Source: the human T2T-CHM13v2.0 reference genome, Homo sapiens. From it: a stretch of DNA of 64,000 nt. Location of the stretch: the NCBI RefSeq assembly GCF_009914755.1, contig NC_060941.1; one strand, given 5' to 3'. Position numbers and translations under genes: made by a program. Shown in pieces: positions 30,416 through 60,342 of this stretch (position 1 is the first letter of the stretch; every line of letters begins with the position of its first letter). The notes below the pieces were generated by a model that ran no database searches, was not told the DNA's origin, and worked only from the letters and a program-made list of their open reading frames with translations.

Positions 30416-31599
30416 CTCTAGGGTCTGGACCCTTCCACTAATTAAATCTTCTTGCACCTGCATACTTAGCTTACCTTGGTATGCAGGTGGGTGAACACCT
30501 GCCTATTAGTAGTGCCCGTCGTCAAATCCTGCATATAAACTGGTAAGAAGTGGTGCTTTCTCTTTTCCTGGTACAGATCCTAGCCCAGAGGTGATGAGCA
30601 GTAAAGCTGCAGATTGGAAGGGAGGGGCTGGTGAAAACAGTGGTGCGGTGCAGATGGGGAGGGATTCTAGTAGTAGGCATCTTAGACTTCAGTTGGTGTT
30701 GGTGGCAATGGTATCTGTACCCCTCTAAGACCGCATGGCAAGAATACAATTTTATATTTAATAGTGATCAGCATGGATGTTGGTGCGTCACAAACATTGA
30801 CTCAGCAGTGTCTAAACCTGGGCATTTAGAACAAGGCCTCACAGAATCTTCTGGAAGTGCTTCAAACTCCTTTCCAAACCTAGTCGTCAGTTGTTTTTTG
30901 TAACCTTCCCATGTTAGGCCTGGGTGGATCCCCTCTTAAGGCTGTACTTTAGGGAAATATTTTTTATCTTCATATCACTTTATCTGTCATTCATTCTCCT
31001 ATTCCCTGTTGGCTGCATGGGGCAGATTAAAACAGACTCTGATTGGACTAATTAGAATAATTACTTCAAGGCTAATTGCTTACTTGCTGCTATCTTTAAT
31101 CACTGCTACGTGGTCTGTGGTGTGGTGGCCACATGCCCAGAGACCCAGGCCTAGGCCAGCCGTCTGGAAATGACTGTATCACCCAGGCACGGGGCATGCA
31201 CTGGTGAGCTCAGCCTGTGACTCTTCCAGTTAACGGTTGGTATTGGGTGGAGTGGGCACCCCTGTCAGTTCTGGGATAGTCTGATCTTGTTCAGCTGGTT
31301 GAAAGCAAAATTTAGCTTTCTGGCTTAAAATAGTTGGGAAAGTAGGGCAGATAGGTCCTGGGCCACATCTCTTGTGTGGACTCTTCTGATTCCACTGGAG
31401 GGGGAGGAACCACAGGATGAAGTCAGGGCTGTGCACCGTCAGGAGGAGCTCTGGGCCAGGGGGGTTGGCTGCCCTTGCTGCTGCCAGAGCCTGACAAGGC
31501 AGAGGGCAGTAAAAGAAAGGAAGCTAACAGTGAACCATGGTGTTAATCATGAAGCTCAGAGCAAGCAGAGAATAAATAGGCCATAAAAATTTCAGAGCT

Positions 31600-37341
<5,742 letters not shown>

Positions 37342-37662
37342 TGAGGCAGTCCTAGCTCTCCCTGGTGACTCAGTGCTATCAGTGGCTGCCTTGGCTTTCT
37401 CTACCTGCTAAATGGAGGGAGAATGAGGAGGAGCTACAGTGTACTCTCTGGAGTACCCTTTTAAAAAAGGGTTCCTGGCCTGTTCAGGGAGAGTCTTGCT
37501 TCCGGCCTCTGCCTTAAGTGGCCAAGGGGTCTCCTTTGTGTCATACCAGGTTTTTCCTTGAGTATTACAGTCTCTTGGCAAAAGCATCCTGGAACTTAAT
37601 ATGATATTCCCTTCCATGTAGATCCTTGAAACTCTCAAGTAATGGGTAGAGAGCAGCCGTAA

Positions 37663-37836
<174 letters not shown>

Positions 37837-38744
37837 TAAGTGCCTTGATGTCTGACCTTCTGCCTCACCTGCAGGCCTGTCTGGAGATGTAGCTCTGGGT
37901 CCACTTAGAACTCAGCTCCTATGTATCAGTGGCATGGCAGAGTGGAGAGCAGAACTGTTAAGTTCTCTTTTTATTTGAATCCTGTGAGGATAAAGTTGTT
38001 TTGTTGTTTTATCAGAAAATTAAGTACTCTATTTAGGGAGTTTAGGACTGAGCAAAAGCATATACGCCCAATATTTGTGGGTATAATCTTGAGACAAGAT
38101 TTGGGCAACATTCTTCCAAACCTCACCCCACCCCTTAGCCTCTATTCCTCACCTCCTTCGTTCTTATTTGTTACACGTACTCTTGGTGATTATTTTTAGA
38201 CTGTGCCTTTAGCAGCCTGCTTTAAAAATGCCTGGGTTTTCACTGCTGGAAGGAACAGGGAGTGAAGAGAGGAGACAAGGGTGGGAGGTTAGGATGTAGT
38301 ATTCGGCAGAATCATGGCTTGTGGCTCTTCTCTGGGGAGGGAATCAGGGATGTGCTACTTAACATCAACAAACCTGGCTTCACCAGCATTTATTTCTTTC
38401 ACGGGGTGAGTGGAAGAAGCCATAGCCTCACAGACATTGGATCAAGACAAGCCTTGCCCCACTGTCCACCCATCTTGCTCAGGCTGGAATGCAGTGGTGC
38501 CATCATAGCTCACTGCATCCTCAAAGTCCTGGACTCAAGCTCTCTTCCTGCTTCAGCCTCCCCAGTAGCTGGGAATAGAGGCAAGTGCCACCATACCTGG
38601 TTCACGCCTACCTTTTGAATAGAGTCCCAGAGAAGATAGGTGATTGCCCAGAGTCATAGAAGTCAGTGAGCAGAGCAAAACAAGCACGTAAACTTAGGCT
38701 TGACCCATAAAACTTGCTGTCTGTCGTCTTCTTCCTTCCTTCCT

Positions 38745-39785
38745 TTTATTAAACTTTATTTTTTAGAATAGTTTTAGATTTACAGACAATTGTGATAGTA
38801 CAGAGTTCTCATGTACTCTGCATCCCATTTCTCCTATTTGTTAATTTTTTATTGGTATGACTAAAGTCCATACTTTATTTAGATTTCCTTAGGTTTTTCC
38901 TAATGTCCTTTTTCTGTCCCAAGATCATCCTACGTTACATTTAGTTGACATATCAACTCAGACTCCTCTTAGACTCCTCTTGGCTGTAACAGTTTCTCAG
39001 ACTTTGCCTTATTCTTTTTTTTTTTTTTTTGAGACAGGGTCTCACTCTGTCGCCTAGGCTGGAATAGGCGGGAATGCAGTGGCACCATCTCGGCTCACTG
39101 CAACCTCTGCGTCCCAGGTTCAAGTGATTTCGTGTCTCAGCCTCCTGAGTAGCTGGGACTATAGGCGTGTGCCACAACACCCAGCTAACTTTATTTTTTC
39201 GTACAGATGGGGTTTCCCCCATGTTGGCCAAGCTGGTCTCTAACTTCCAACCTCAAGTGGTTCACCTGCCTTGGCCTCCCAAAGTGCTGGGATTACAGGT
39301 GTGAGCCACCATGCCCAGCCTGCCTTATTCTTGATGATATTGACTGGTTAGGTATTGTATAGAAAATCTCTCAATTAGAATTTGTCTGATGTTTTTATGG
39401 TAAAGTGTATGCCATTTTTACTACATAACCAAGAATATATACTATCAATGTAACTTAACACTATTGATATTGATCATCTGGCCAATGCACTGTCAGGTTT
39501 TCCACTGTAAAATTACTGTTTTTCCTTGTCCATACTGTACCCTTAGGAAGGAAGTCACCATGCATGCCCACAGTTAAAGAGTGTGGGAGTTAGCACCATC
39601 TCCTTGAGGGGGAGCATGCAGGTGAATTACTTAGAATTCTTCTGCAGGGGGGATTGGTCTACTCTCCTTCATTTATTCAATCATTTATTTATATAAGTAT
39701 ATTTTTTATGTAAGTATGGACTCCTAGGAATTTATTTTATGCTCAAATTCTTCCAGCTTTGGTCATTGGGAATTTTTTCTGGTGC
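38745..39785 (-). mobile_element. Old L1 (L1MC-like) 3' fragment with inserted antisense Alu (39017-39320)
   Basis: AT-rich L1M-like text; Alu TSD tgccttattctt at 39005-39016 and 39321-39332. Confidence 0.7.
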
Positions 39786-42623
39786 ATCAACTTTAGTCAG
39801 TAAACAATAACTTTGGCATCCTGGTCCTTTGGGCCCATAACTCCAGAATATTGTAGTGGTGAAGTCTCTTTGGTATGGCTTTGCCACTTTGCCAAGTCAA
39901 AACTTTTAGTCTGTTTTAACTATAGTAGATGGGTATGATCCATATCTGTGGGACAGTCCTATGGTACAGGCAGAGCAGTGAACACGTGGGAGCTCCAGAA
40001 ACTTGGGTCAACTTGGTGGGGTTGGCAGCCTCTCTTTTCTAGCCTAAGACTGTTCCCAGAATTTGTCAGAGGAAGGGAAGAGTTTTTATCTGCCTTGTAC
40101 TTTATTTTTCTGTGATAACCAGCATAGGCAAGAACTCGGAAACAATGGAGTCCAGAGTGTAGCACTCTTCCAGCCTCTCCTCCAGTCATTTCTTCTCAGG
40201 CTGTACCTGGTACCTCCAACTGCAGCCAGGGATGGGTGGCCTGCCCAGGCCAGGAACCTGGAGAGGAACTTCTAATGTTACATAGAACCAGAGCAGTAAC
40301 TTCCCAAGAGTTCCTCTCATCTTCCCATAATAGCTTATTTTGGGGAAATCTTAGTTGGATGTGCAGGTGGTAGTGGCCATAGCTGGAGTGTCAGTCTTCC
40401 AGCTGCTACTCTTTTATTGAATGGTGACTCCCATACCTGGCCGCCCAGTCCAACTGAGTCAGATGCTCCTCAGCACAGCTAGGAGTCTGCACCGTTAATC
40501 AGCTCCCTGGGAAGCTTTTCAGCCAGCTAGGTCCCTGCCAGTGGCCTGACCTTGGGAATGGCTGTTACTGGGTGACTGAAGCTCTTCTACCTTCTGACTT
40601 CAGTGGGCCCAGGAACCATTCACAGACTGGGCTGGAGTGCAGAAGCACAGAGCTGTGGTGTAAGGGGACTGGAGAAGAGTGGGAGGATGTCCCAGCTTCC
40701 CCAGGTAGCTGAGCTGGGGAAGTGCACAGCTGTGGGGAACTCTAAAGTATCTGCAGCTCCTGTTATGGTTTATGGATTTGTGCCTGGGCTCTTGTGGCAA
40801 TGTGGCCTCCATTGGGCATACCTTCTCATCTAACATGTTCATCCTCTGATTCATATCCCAACTCCCCAAATAAACCTACATGATAACCAACTCCTCAGAT
40901 AACCTAGTCATTCTTCATCGTTCAGATTGACCATTTTGACATGCAGAAAGCATCATATAAAAAGCCCTTTAGCTTTTTAGCATCACCTAAAGCCCTTTCA
41001 GCACACATGCAGACACATACACACACCCCTGTTTGGACTGTCACAGCTCATACGCTTGCCATTGTGAATTTTCAAATCTGCATTCTGTAGGAGTAAGGAG
41101 ATCCCTGTTCATCTGGGGCCTAGCATGAGGTGCAGCCCAGAGGAGGCATCAACTAGTGTGGAGAACAATTCAGGCCGGTGAGGAGCAGCTCCAGAGTAGC
41201 TACATGGGTTTGTCTTGGGAAAGGACGGGTTGTGACAAGTTTAAAAAGGGGAGCATCTTGGCCCAGGCATTGCCCGGAGATAAGTATGATGTGGCCTTGG
41301 AAGATACCTGGCTGGTTTGATGTCTTCTGGTGAGGTTGTGTTACAGTGGGTAGAATCTGGGCATTGAGCCTGGCCCTGATTATGGTAGAGGAGTTAGAGC
41401 CGGTCCTGCCTTCTCATAAGTTCAGATAAAGATTGCACAGGCTGCTGGTGGAGACCCTGGGAGCTCTGTCACCAGCTCAGGTCAGTCAGAGCTGGAAAGG
41501 TCTTTCTAAGGGCCTCACGGAAGGAAATGGGTGGGCAGCTGCCAAGTGCTTTCTGGTTGGACAGAACGCAGCTTCTGTGAACATGGGTGGTGCCAAGTCT
41601 TCATGCACATGTGCCCTTGTTTCTTACGGGGAGGCTGGAAGTAACCTTTTAAAAAAGTCTCCCCAGAGTGGAATCCTCAGACTGTCCCTTGGTGTTATAA
41701 TGTTTGGGGTCACAACTTAGCCAGTAAATGGCTGAGTGACACCTGGAACCTGGGTCTTGTGGTTCGTTGGTGGTTTGCACAGTGGAGTACCCCAAGTCCT
41801 GCCCTTTCCCCCAGTGTGTCGTTGGGATGGATGCTTTGAGTTAGGAAACTGGAGCTCAGATATAGAAGGGCTTTCTTGCCTCTGCTGTGCAAGTAGAGAG
41901 TTGTGCTGATTGGGGAGAATGTTATGAGTATGTAGGGGGCACTCTACAGAGAGTGGGGTGAGGCAGCAGCTACAGGCTAGTCGGCTCTTTGAGGTGCCTC
42001 AGCACCCCCAAACTTCCCTGAATGTTACTGTCTCCCAGCCGACCGAGGGCAAGCTGCCGCAGCATGCAAGTCTTTTCTCTGTAATCGTTGGTAACCCTGG
42101 AAGGGGAGGCTGGACCTAACCTTACTGGAGGTGTGGTTAAAGTTCTAAATTACTAGTTAGATAACCAAGAGGCTGACAAACTTCTGGGGTATAATAATTC
42201 ATCTGTGAGGGGAGTCTTCCAGTTTTCCCATGATTCCCTAGTGCTCCTGCACTAGTGCACTCTGTGCTTCTGCTCCTGGTAGGCCTTGCTAGCTGCCCTG
42301 TGCCAAGCATCCACATATTAACCTTGAAACTAGAAGGTATGAACTCTGTTTGGAAAGGGGCTCAGGTAGGAAGTGAGCTGCCTCAGGTCATTGCTAGTTG
42401 GAATGGCCTTTGAGCAGGGATTTCTGACTTGAGGGAAACATCAAGTATCTACTATGTACAAGGCACTTGAGGTGGGCACCGCAGGAAATTTAGTGCCCCC
42501 TTGGTGCTTCACATGTAATAAGTTTGCACTTTGCCTGCCATTCCAACACAAAGCAGAGTGAACACTGGTGTAAAAGCACAGGGTATTCTCTGGGAGCCCT
42601 GCAAAAAAAACCCCAAAAACCCA

Positions 42624-47870
<5,247 letters not shown>

Positions 47871-49620
47871 GAATGGTTCTATTCTATTTCACATACTCAT
47901 CTCTGGTAGTTGCCCAGTACCACCTCTACCCAGAGAATCCCAGCCTTGAAGGAGGCAACTTGCCTTCGATTCCTTAGACCCTCAGCGCAAAGAAGCCTTA
48001 GAGCTAGTCACATTTCTTTCTTTTGCTCAGATGGGGAAACTGAGGCCCGAGGAGGGATGGTGACTAGCTTGGACTCTGAATGGCAGTGCCAAAACTAGAT
48101 CATCCTCCTGTTGATGTTAGGTTCTGCATCCATGAGTCTGGAGGAGTCCAGAGTGGAGTCTGAGACTGAAGAGTCACTCACTGCAGCTGGGCCCTACTGG
48201 CATCCCCCTCTGCAAGGCCAACCCAAAGGGATGGGGATGCCTGTCCTACCTGCCTACCCACCAGTTTGGGCCTGAGGCATCAGAACATTGGTTCCCAGCT
48301 GGAAGGAAGGAGATGCCCCTGCTGCCTTTAGGAGAGAGATTTCCTACCCACGTTCAGAGTAACTCTTGCCTGTCAGGCTTGAAGTCTCACTTTGGCTTTA
48401 AACTTTCCCCCGTGACTTGCAGGATGCATGACTTACTGCCTTTCTGATCCTTCCCATCTATGTACAGTAGGCCAGCCAGTGGAATGTGGAGAGGCAGCCA
48501 TGGGGAATGGGGGAAACTGAGGACCAGATGCAGTTGTTACCAAGGATGCCAAGCAGCCTAGCCCAAGGCAGTTCTTGGATTTCCCTCCTGCTTACTTCTC
48601 CCCAGCATCCTCTAGTATCCTTAGAGTCCTGCTCTGACTGCAGCCCCTACTCCTTCGGAACTAAGTTACTACTTTGTGTCTAGCAGACCCTGGAAAAGGT
48701 GCCTTCAGGGTCTCTGCCAGCTATGTCCTATCGCTTCCCACCCAGTCTATTACATGGGTCCTTCTGCCCTTTGCTCCCACCTGCCTGACTTGCCAGCCTT
48801 CTCTGTACCACACAAGGAGCCTGAGGGCTTTGAGGTTTTCCATGCCAGCTCCCTTCTGTTCTGGCTTCATAAAGGACTTGGATCACTGCCCTGAGTTACC
48901 GCTACCCAGCTTCTCCATCCCCCTCTTCCTCATCTGTATTTGTGTGCCTTCCCTTTACTAGGCAGTGTATTCCTTGAAACCTATGGCTACACCTGCTGCT
49001 TGGTGGGGACTGTGCCTTCAAAAGCCCTCTGGCCTTTACCTTGTCAGCATCCTGAAATGAGCAGAAACTGCCAGATGACTGCTCATGGTTGTGGAGTGGG
49101 CCTGGGTTCCCTACCCTGGCTCTGCCACTCAGTCTCAGCATCCCTGTCTGCACAGTGAGAAGATAGGGTAGCTCTGGCTCTCTTTCTCTCCAGCCCCTCT
49201 ACAGGCCTGGACCAGGGATCCTTCCTGTGTTGGGACCCACCAGTGGGGCCGTTGGTCCTCTGGCAAATGAAGTAGATGGCCCCAGAGAACCTGTGGGTCC
49301 AAGTGGAGTGAGGTGAGGCTGCTTGGTTCAGCTAAGAGCGAGCCCTGGGATCTTGCCCCTAGGGTAGCACAGCCTGTCATTGGGAGTTTCCAGACAGAAG
49401 TGTTCCCATTCCTTACTCCTAAAGGTGGACTTGAGGAGGGTCTTTGAAAGTCAGCTAGACCAATCTCTAGTTGAACCTCAAGGAGAGTGAGGTACAGAGC
49501 AGAGACTGCTGGCTTCCAGGTCTAGCTGGCTCCCACTTGGCCTGGCCAGAGAATTGGTCTGATGGTGCCCACACCTTCACCGGAGGCCCTTTGGTGACCC
49601 CATGCATGTTTCCTTTGCAG

Positions 49621-49776
49621 GACAAGATTAGATGCACCCCGGTTGGAAACAAAGTCCCTGAGCAGCTCCGTGTTACCACCCAGCTATGCTTCAGATCGCC
49701 TGTCAGGAAACAACAGGGACCCTGCTCTGAAACCCAAGCGGTCCCACCGCAAGGCAGACCCTGATGCTGCCCACAG
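49621..49776 (+). CDS. ALKBH5: ALKBH5 exon 3
   Basis: tttgcag acceptor, CAG|GTACTC donor, 156 nt; [51 protein letters not shown]. Confidence 0.96.
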
Positions 49777-50187
49777 GTACTCAGTTTAGGACCCTCAGCA
49801 AAGGCTGGCAAAGGCCTGGCTGCAGGGTGAGAAGGGTGGAGAAGCCTGGGGTAGGCTGTTTAGGAGCCTTGGCTTGCTCACCCTTTCAAAACCTTATGTC
49901 TGGTTCCTCTGGGTTGGTGGCATTGGTGACATTCCCATCTAACCCTGGCCAACTGCCTGTACACCCAGAGAGAAGGGGTCAGGCAGAGACTGTAACAGAT
50001 GGCAATATCATGGCTTTCCCATGACTTTCCTTGTTCAGTCTCACCCAGACACCCTTGTGGAATTATACTTAGATGTCAGGAGGGAATCTTGGGACTTGGA
50101 TAATAGTGAACCAGGGACTTATTTCAAAAAGGATTGGATAAAAGGTATTTGAGGAGATAATTTTTTTTAAAGGAAAAAAAATGTTTT

Positions 50188-50488
<301 letters not shown>

Positions 50489-51024
50489 TTAAGTGTTGGG
50501 GAAGGTTTCCAAGGAGGTAATGTTTAAGTTGATTCCAGAAGGATAAGGAAGACATGGAAGAGCATTCTAGGCAGGAAATACTGTATGAGCTAAACCCTGA
50601 GATACAAAAGAGCTTTGTGGTTTCAGGGGGTAATGGGGTTAGTAAGTGGAGAAGGGGGTGTTGGGAGGCCCAAGAGAGAGAAAGTGGGTAGAGCTGGGAA
50701 GTAAAGGTAGATGGCAGAACCATGCAGAGTCTTGAGGCTGTGGTAGGGAAGACCTCTGTCCAGCAGCCCTGGCAGTGTCCCAGGGCACCAGACTCCAAGC
50801 CAGGCAGACCCCACAGGGTAATTGGGAAATGTCCCTAAGACTGGGGTGGTCACTGGCACTTAGTGGGCAAGAACCTCCGATACCAGGGCCTCTGCCAGGA
50901 CTACCCTTCGTTGAGGACCACTGAGCTGAAGTGACCCATCCCAAGGATGAGACGAGGTACAGCGGTAAAGCCAGGCGCCTCCTGCCAGCCTCTCAGATAA
51001 CGTCCTACCTCCCTTTCCTTGCAG

Positions 51025-51202
51025 GCCACGGATCCTGGAGATGGACAAGGAAGAGAACCGGCGCTCGGTGCTGCTGCCCACACACCGGCGGAGGGGTAGC
51101 TTCAGCTCTGAGAACTACTGGCGCAAGTCATACGAGTCCTCAGAGGACTGCTCTGAGGCAGCAGGCAGCCCTGCCCGAAAGGTGAAGATGCGGCGGCACT
51201 GA
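51025..51202 (+). CDS. ALKBH5: ALKBH5 exon 4 coding part
   Basis: ccttgcag acceptor; [61 protein letters not shown]; total CDS 1185 nt = 394 aa. Confidence 0.97.
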
Positions 51203-52760
51203 GTCTACCCGCCGCCCTCCTGGGAACTCTGGCTCATCCTTACGTAGTTGCCCCTCCTTTTGTTTTGAGGGTTTTGTTTTTGTTCATTGGGGGGTTTTTG
51301 TTTTTTGTTTTTTGTTTTTTTTGATTCTATATATTTTTCCTTGGTTTTGTTGCCTGTTAGGGCTGAAGAATAGAATTGGCCAGGACCTAGGTTCTCATAT
51401 TCTTGGTATTCCTCCTGGATGGAAAGGCTGTTGGCATCAATAGGGGACAGAGGCTGATGCTGGAGTGGCCAGTAGAGGTGGTGGAGCAGAGCAGCCATCT
51501 TTTAAGTGGGGCTGTATCAGGCTGGGTTTATTTAAAAGCAACAAAATGTTTTGGTTAAGAAAATTATTTTGCTTTCAGTGTAAATCTTCGCAGTGTTCTA
51601 AACAAAGTTCAGTCTTCTGCTCGCCCCTTTCCCTCACTGATGTCTGCACTTGGTTGAGGTCTCCTGGAGCCTCACAGGCTCTGCTGTTCTCCACTTCTCA
51701 CCTGCCATCCACGCCCTGCAAGCTCATGCAAACACCCTTTCTTCCTCCTGCGGCAGAGTTGTTCAGGTTGCCTGGGCAGGGGCTTAAACAGTGCCAGCCC
51801 CTGCCATCCCAAAGCTATTGTTAAGCCCCCCAGGCGTCCTCCACCCACGCCCACTAGCCTGCCATGTCCACAGTTCCTTGGGCTGCTGAGGGGCTAGTGC
51901 AGTGGTCCTGACCTCTCTTATCAAGAGCACACTTCTTTGCTGGTTGCTCCTTTTGAGCATATGCGTGTGATTATTTGGAACAGTTAGACTTGCCACGTTG
52001 GGTCAGTTTTAGAAATTGTTTCTAGCTAGAGGGACTGGTGTCCTTCCAAGTCTAGCATTTGGGGTATGGAAAATTGTTGTGGTGTGTGGTAGGGTTTTTG
52101 TTTTCTTTTTTGAGTTTTTTTTCCCCCTTTAGTCTCCTGGCTTTTTCCTTTCCCTTCCCTTCTCCACTGGCCAGCTTGGGCCTCATCCTCATGTCATCCT
52201 TCCAGGAAGGCGCCTGCCCCATCTTGTCTGCCGGCAGCATGCATCCAAGGCCAGAGCTCAGGCCTGCAGACTGGGCTGGTGCCTCCTCCGCTTCAGGGTA
52301 TGGGAGTTGGTGAAGGGGCTTTCAAAAAATAATAAGAAAAAAAAGGTAAAGTCTTTGGTAGCTTCTATCCACTCAGATCCTGGAAGGCAGCAAGGTTTTG
52401 TGGATCTAGATTCATTAGGAATGTCTTCTTGTCAGCCAGGCCAGGACCCGGGCTTGCCAAGAGCAGAGGCCCTCCCAGCAACCAGGATACCACCACTTTG
52501 GGGGCTTTGTGTACAGAGGTCCGGGTCTGAGACCTCATAGGCTGCAGAAATCTGGGGCAGCCACCATCAAGAAGCCCCTCTCAGGGGCCAGAACTCCTTT
52601 GCCAGCGTGGATTTCTCAAGTCGGGACTGCATAATTAAAGCAGTTGCAGTTTTATTTTTTTTACAGCTTTTTTCCCAAAAATGATTTGTAGTTGTGTGTG
52701 CAGCACTTCGCCCTGATATGTGTGCTCTACAATAAAAACCAAATCTAATATATTTTGAAA
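51203..52760 (+). other. ALKBH5: ALKBH5 3'UTR (end approximate)
   Basis: No recognisable interspersed repeats; U/GU-rich tracts; ends after AATAAA at 52731. Confidence 0.8.
52731..52736 (+). terminator. ALKBH5 polyadenylation signal AATAAA
   Basis: TGTA upstream element at 52687; GT-rich gttgtctgatgttgttgt downstream at ~52763. Confidence 0.85.
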
Positions 52761-53182
52761 CAGTTGTCTGATGTTGTTGTAAGAGAGGGCTTGCCTTTGG
52801 TGCTTCCTTAATCCCTTTACTTTCTTAAACTTGAAACAGGGGTTGGGGAGGCAGAGCTAGCTCATTGGCCGCCAGCGTCCCAGAGGAGTTGGTTGGTCTT
52901 GGACACTGGGCCTCCTGTGTGCCTAGCCTTGGGTTTATGGCTGAAGGTGGACTTGCCCTCACCCCACTGTCCTTTCTCCCACTCCAAGGAGGGTGAACTT
53001 CATAAACCACAATGTCCAGGTGCCCAGGGACCACACCTTCTGGAGTTCTGGAAGTCCCTCTTTTAGATATGATCACTGAGAGGCTGGTGCTGGTGAAGGG
53101 GGAGATGGCAGGCACAAAAGCAAGGGAGAACCTGGCTTTTGTGGAAAATATGCGAGTGATTTTGCTCATTAAACAAATACTT

Positions 53183-58312
<5,130 letters not shown>

Positions 58313-58339
58313 CTCTTCATCACTTTCTTAAATCTAGAC

Positions 58340-59085
58340 CTGTGTTCTTCAGTACAGCAGCCACTGATACTTGGCTATTGAGTATTTGAAATGTGGCTAG
58401 TTTGAATTGAAATGTGCTTTTAGTGTAAAATACCAGAATTTGAAGAGTTAGTATGAAAAAAACAATGTAAATCATTAAGAACTTTATATTGATTACTTGT
58501 TGAAGATACTATTTTGAGCTGGGCATGGTGGCCTACGTATAATCCCATCACTTTGGGAAGCTATGGTGGATGGATTACTTGAAGTCAGGAGTTTGAGAGC
58601 AGCCTGACCAAATGGCAAAACCCCGTCTCTACTAAAAACACAAAAATTAGGTGTGGTGGCGCTCGCCTGTAATCCCAGCTACTTGGGAGGCTGAGGCAGG
58701 CTTGCACCTAGGAGGCAGAGATTGCAGCGAGCCAAGATCGTGCCACTACAGCCTGGGTGAGAGAGCGAGACTTTGTCTCAAAACCCCCCCAAAAAAGAAG
58801 AAAAAAAAAACTATTTTGGACATATGTTAAATTTGGACATACTGGGTTAAATAAAATAGGCTGAGGCAGGAGAATTGCTTGAACCTGGGAGGCGGAGGTT
58901 GCAGTGAGCCCGAGACCGTGCCATTGCACTCCAGCCTGGGCAACAGAGCCAGACTCTGTCTCAAAAAAAAAAAAAAAAAAGCTATTTAAATTAATTTCAC
59001 CTGTTTTCTGTTACTGTTATATCTGGGTACTCAATAATGAAAATTACATATGTGTCTTGCATTATATTTCTGTTGGATGGTACTG
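58340..59085 (-). mobile_element. MER33-like hAT element interrupted by two Alu pieces
   Basis: ggctattgagtatttgaaatgtggctag...cattatatttctgttgga; ntctagan target site on both sides. Confidence 0.75.
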
Positions 59086-59179
59086 GTCTAGAAAACTATA
59101 GAGCTGGGCACAGCAGCACACCCTGTATTCCCAGCTACTCAGGAGGCTAAGCGGGAGGATTGCTTAAGTCCAGGGGTTA

Positions 59180-59480
59180 TCATGGCTGATTGCAGCTGAT
59201 CAAGGTAAGGTCACTGAACATCGAGCTGTGAAGAAATGTGCAGTAACACCCCAATATATAGTGTTTCCACCATACAGATACAATAGATGTAATCCAAGAG
59301 TACAGATAATAGGAAAATGTGGCAAAATAAGTAGGAAATGCTTAGTTTTTAATATTACCCTTAGTTTTTAGTGTAATTTTAATTTTATATAATTAATTTT
59401 TAATGACTTTAACAACTGACTCACAAAAGTTCTTGAAAATTTGCCATTTGGCTCTTGCAGAGGGCTCCAGCACACCACTA
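59180..59480 (-). mobile_element. MER63-like hAT fragment
   Basis: Ends ggctccagcacaccacta, resembling the recalled MER63 terminus. Confidence 0.5.
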
Positions 59481-59565
59481 GATTCCCATAGAGAGTTTGA
59501 GCAGAGGAGTGATGTGAACAGATGTAGGATCACTGGTGCTGCTGTGCAGAGGACTGTCAAAATCA

Positions 59566-60342
<777 letters not shown>

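Noticed and set aside
59102-59176. 7SL-like RNA gene candidate
   Set aside because: Only the Alu-domain 5' part is present, with no S domain; a truncated Alu monomer
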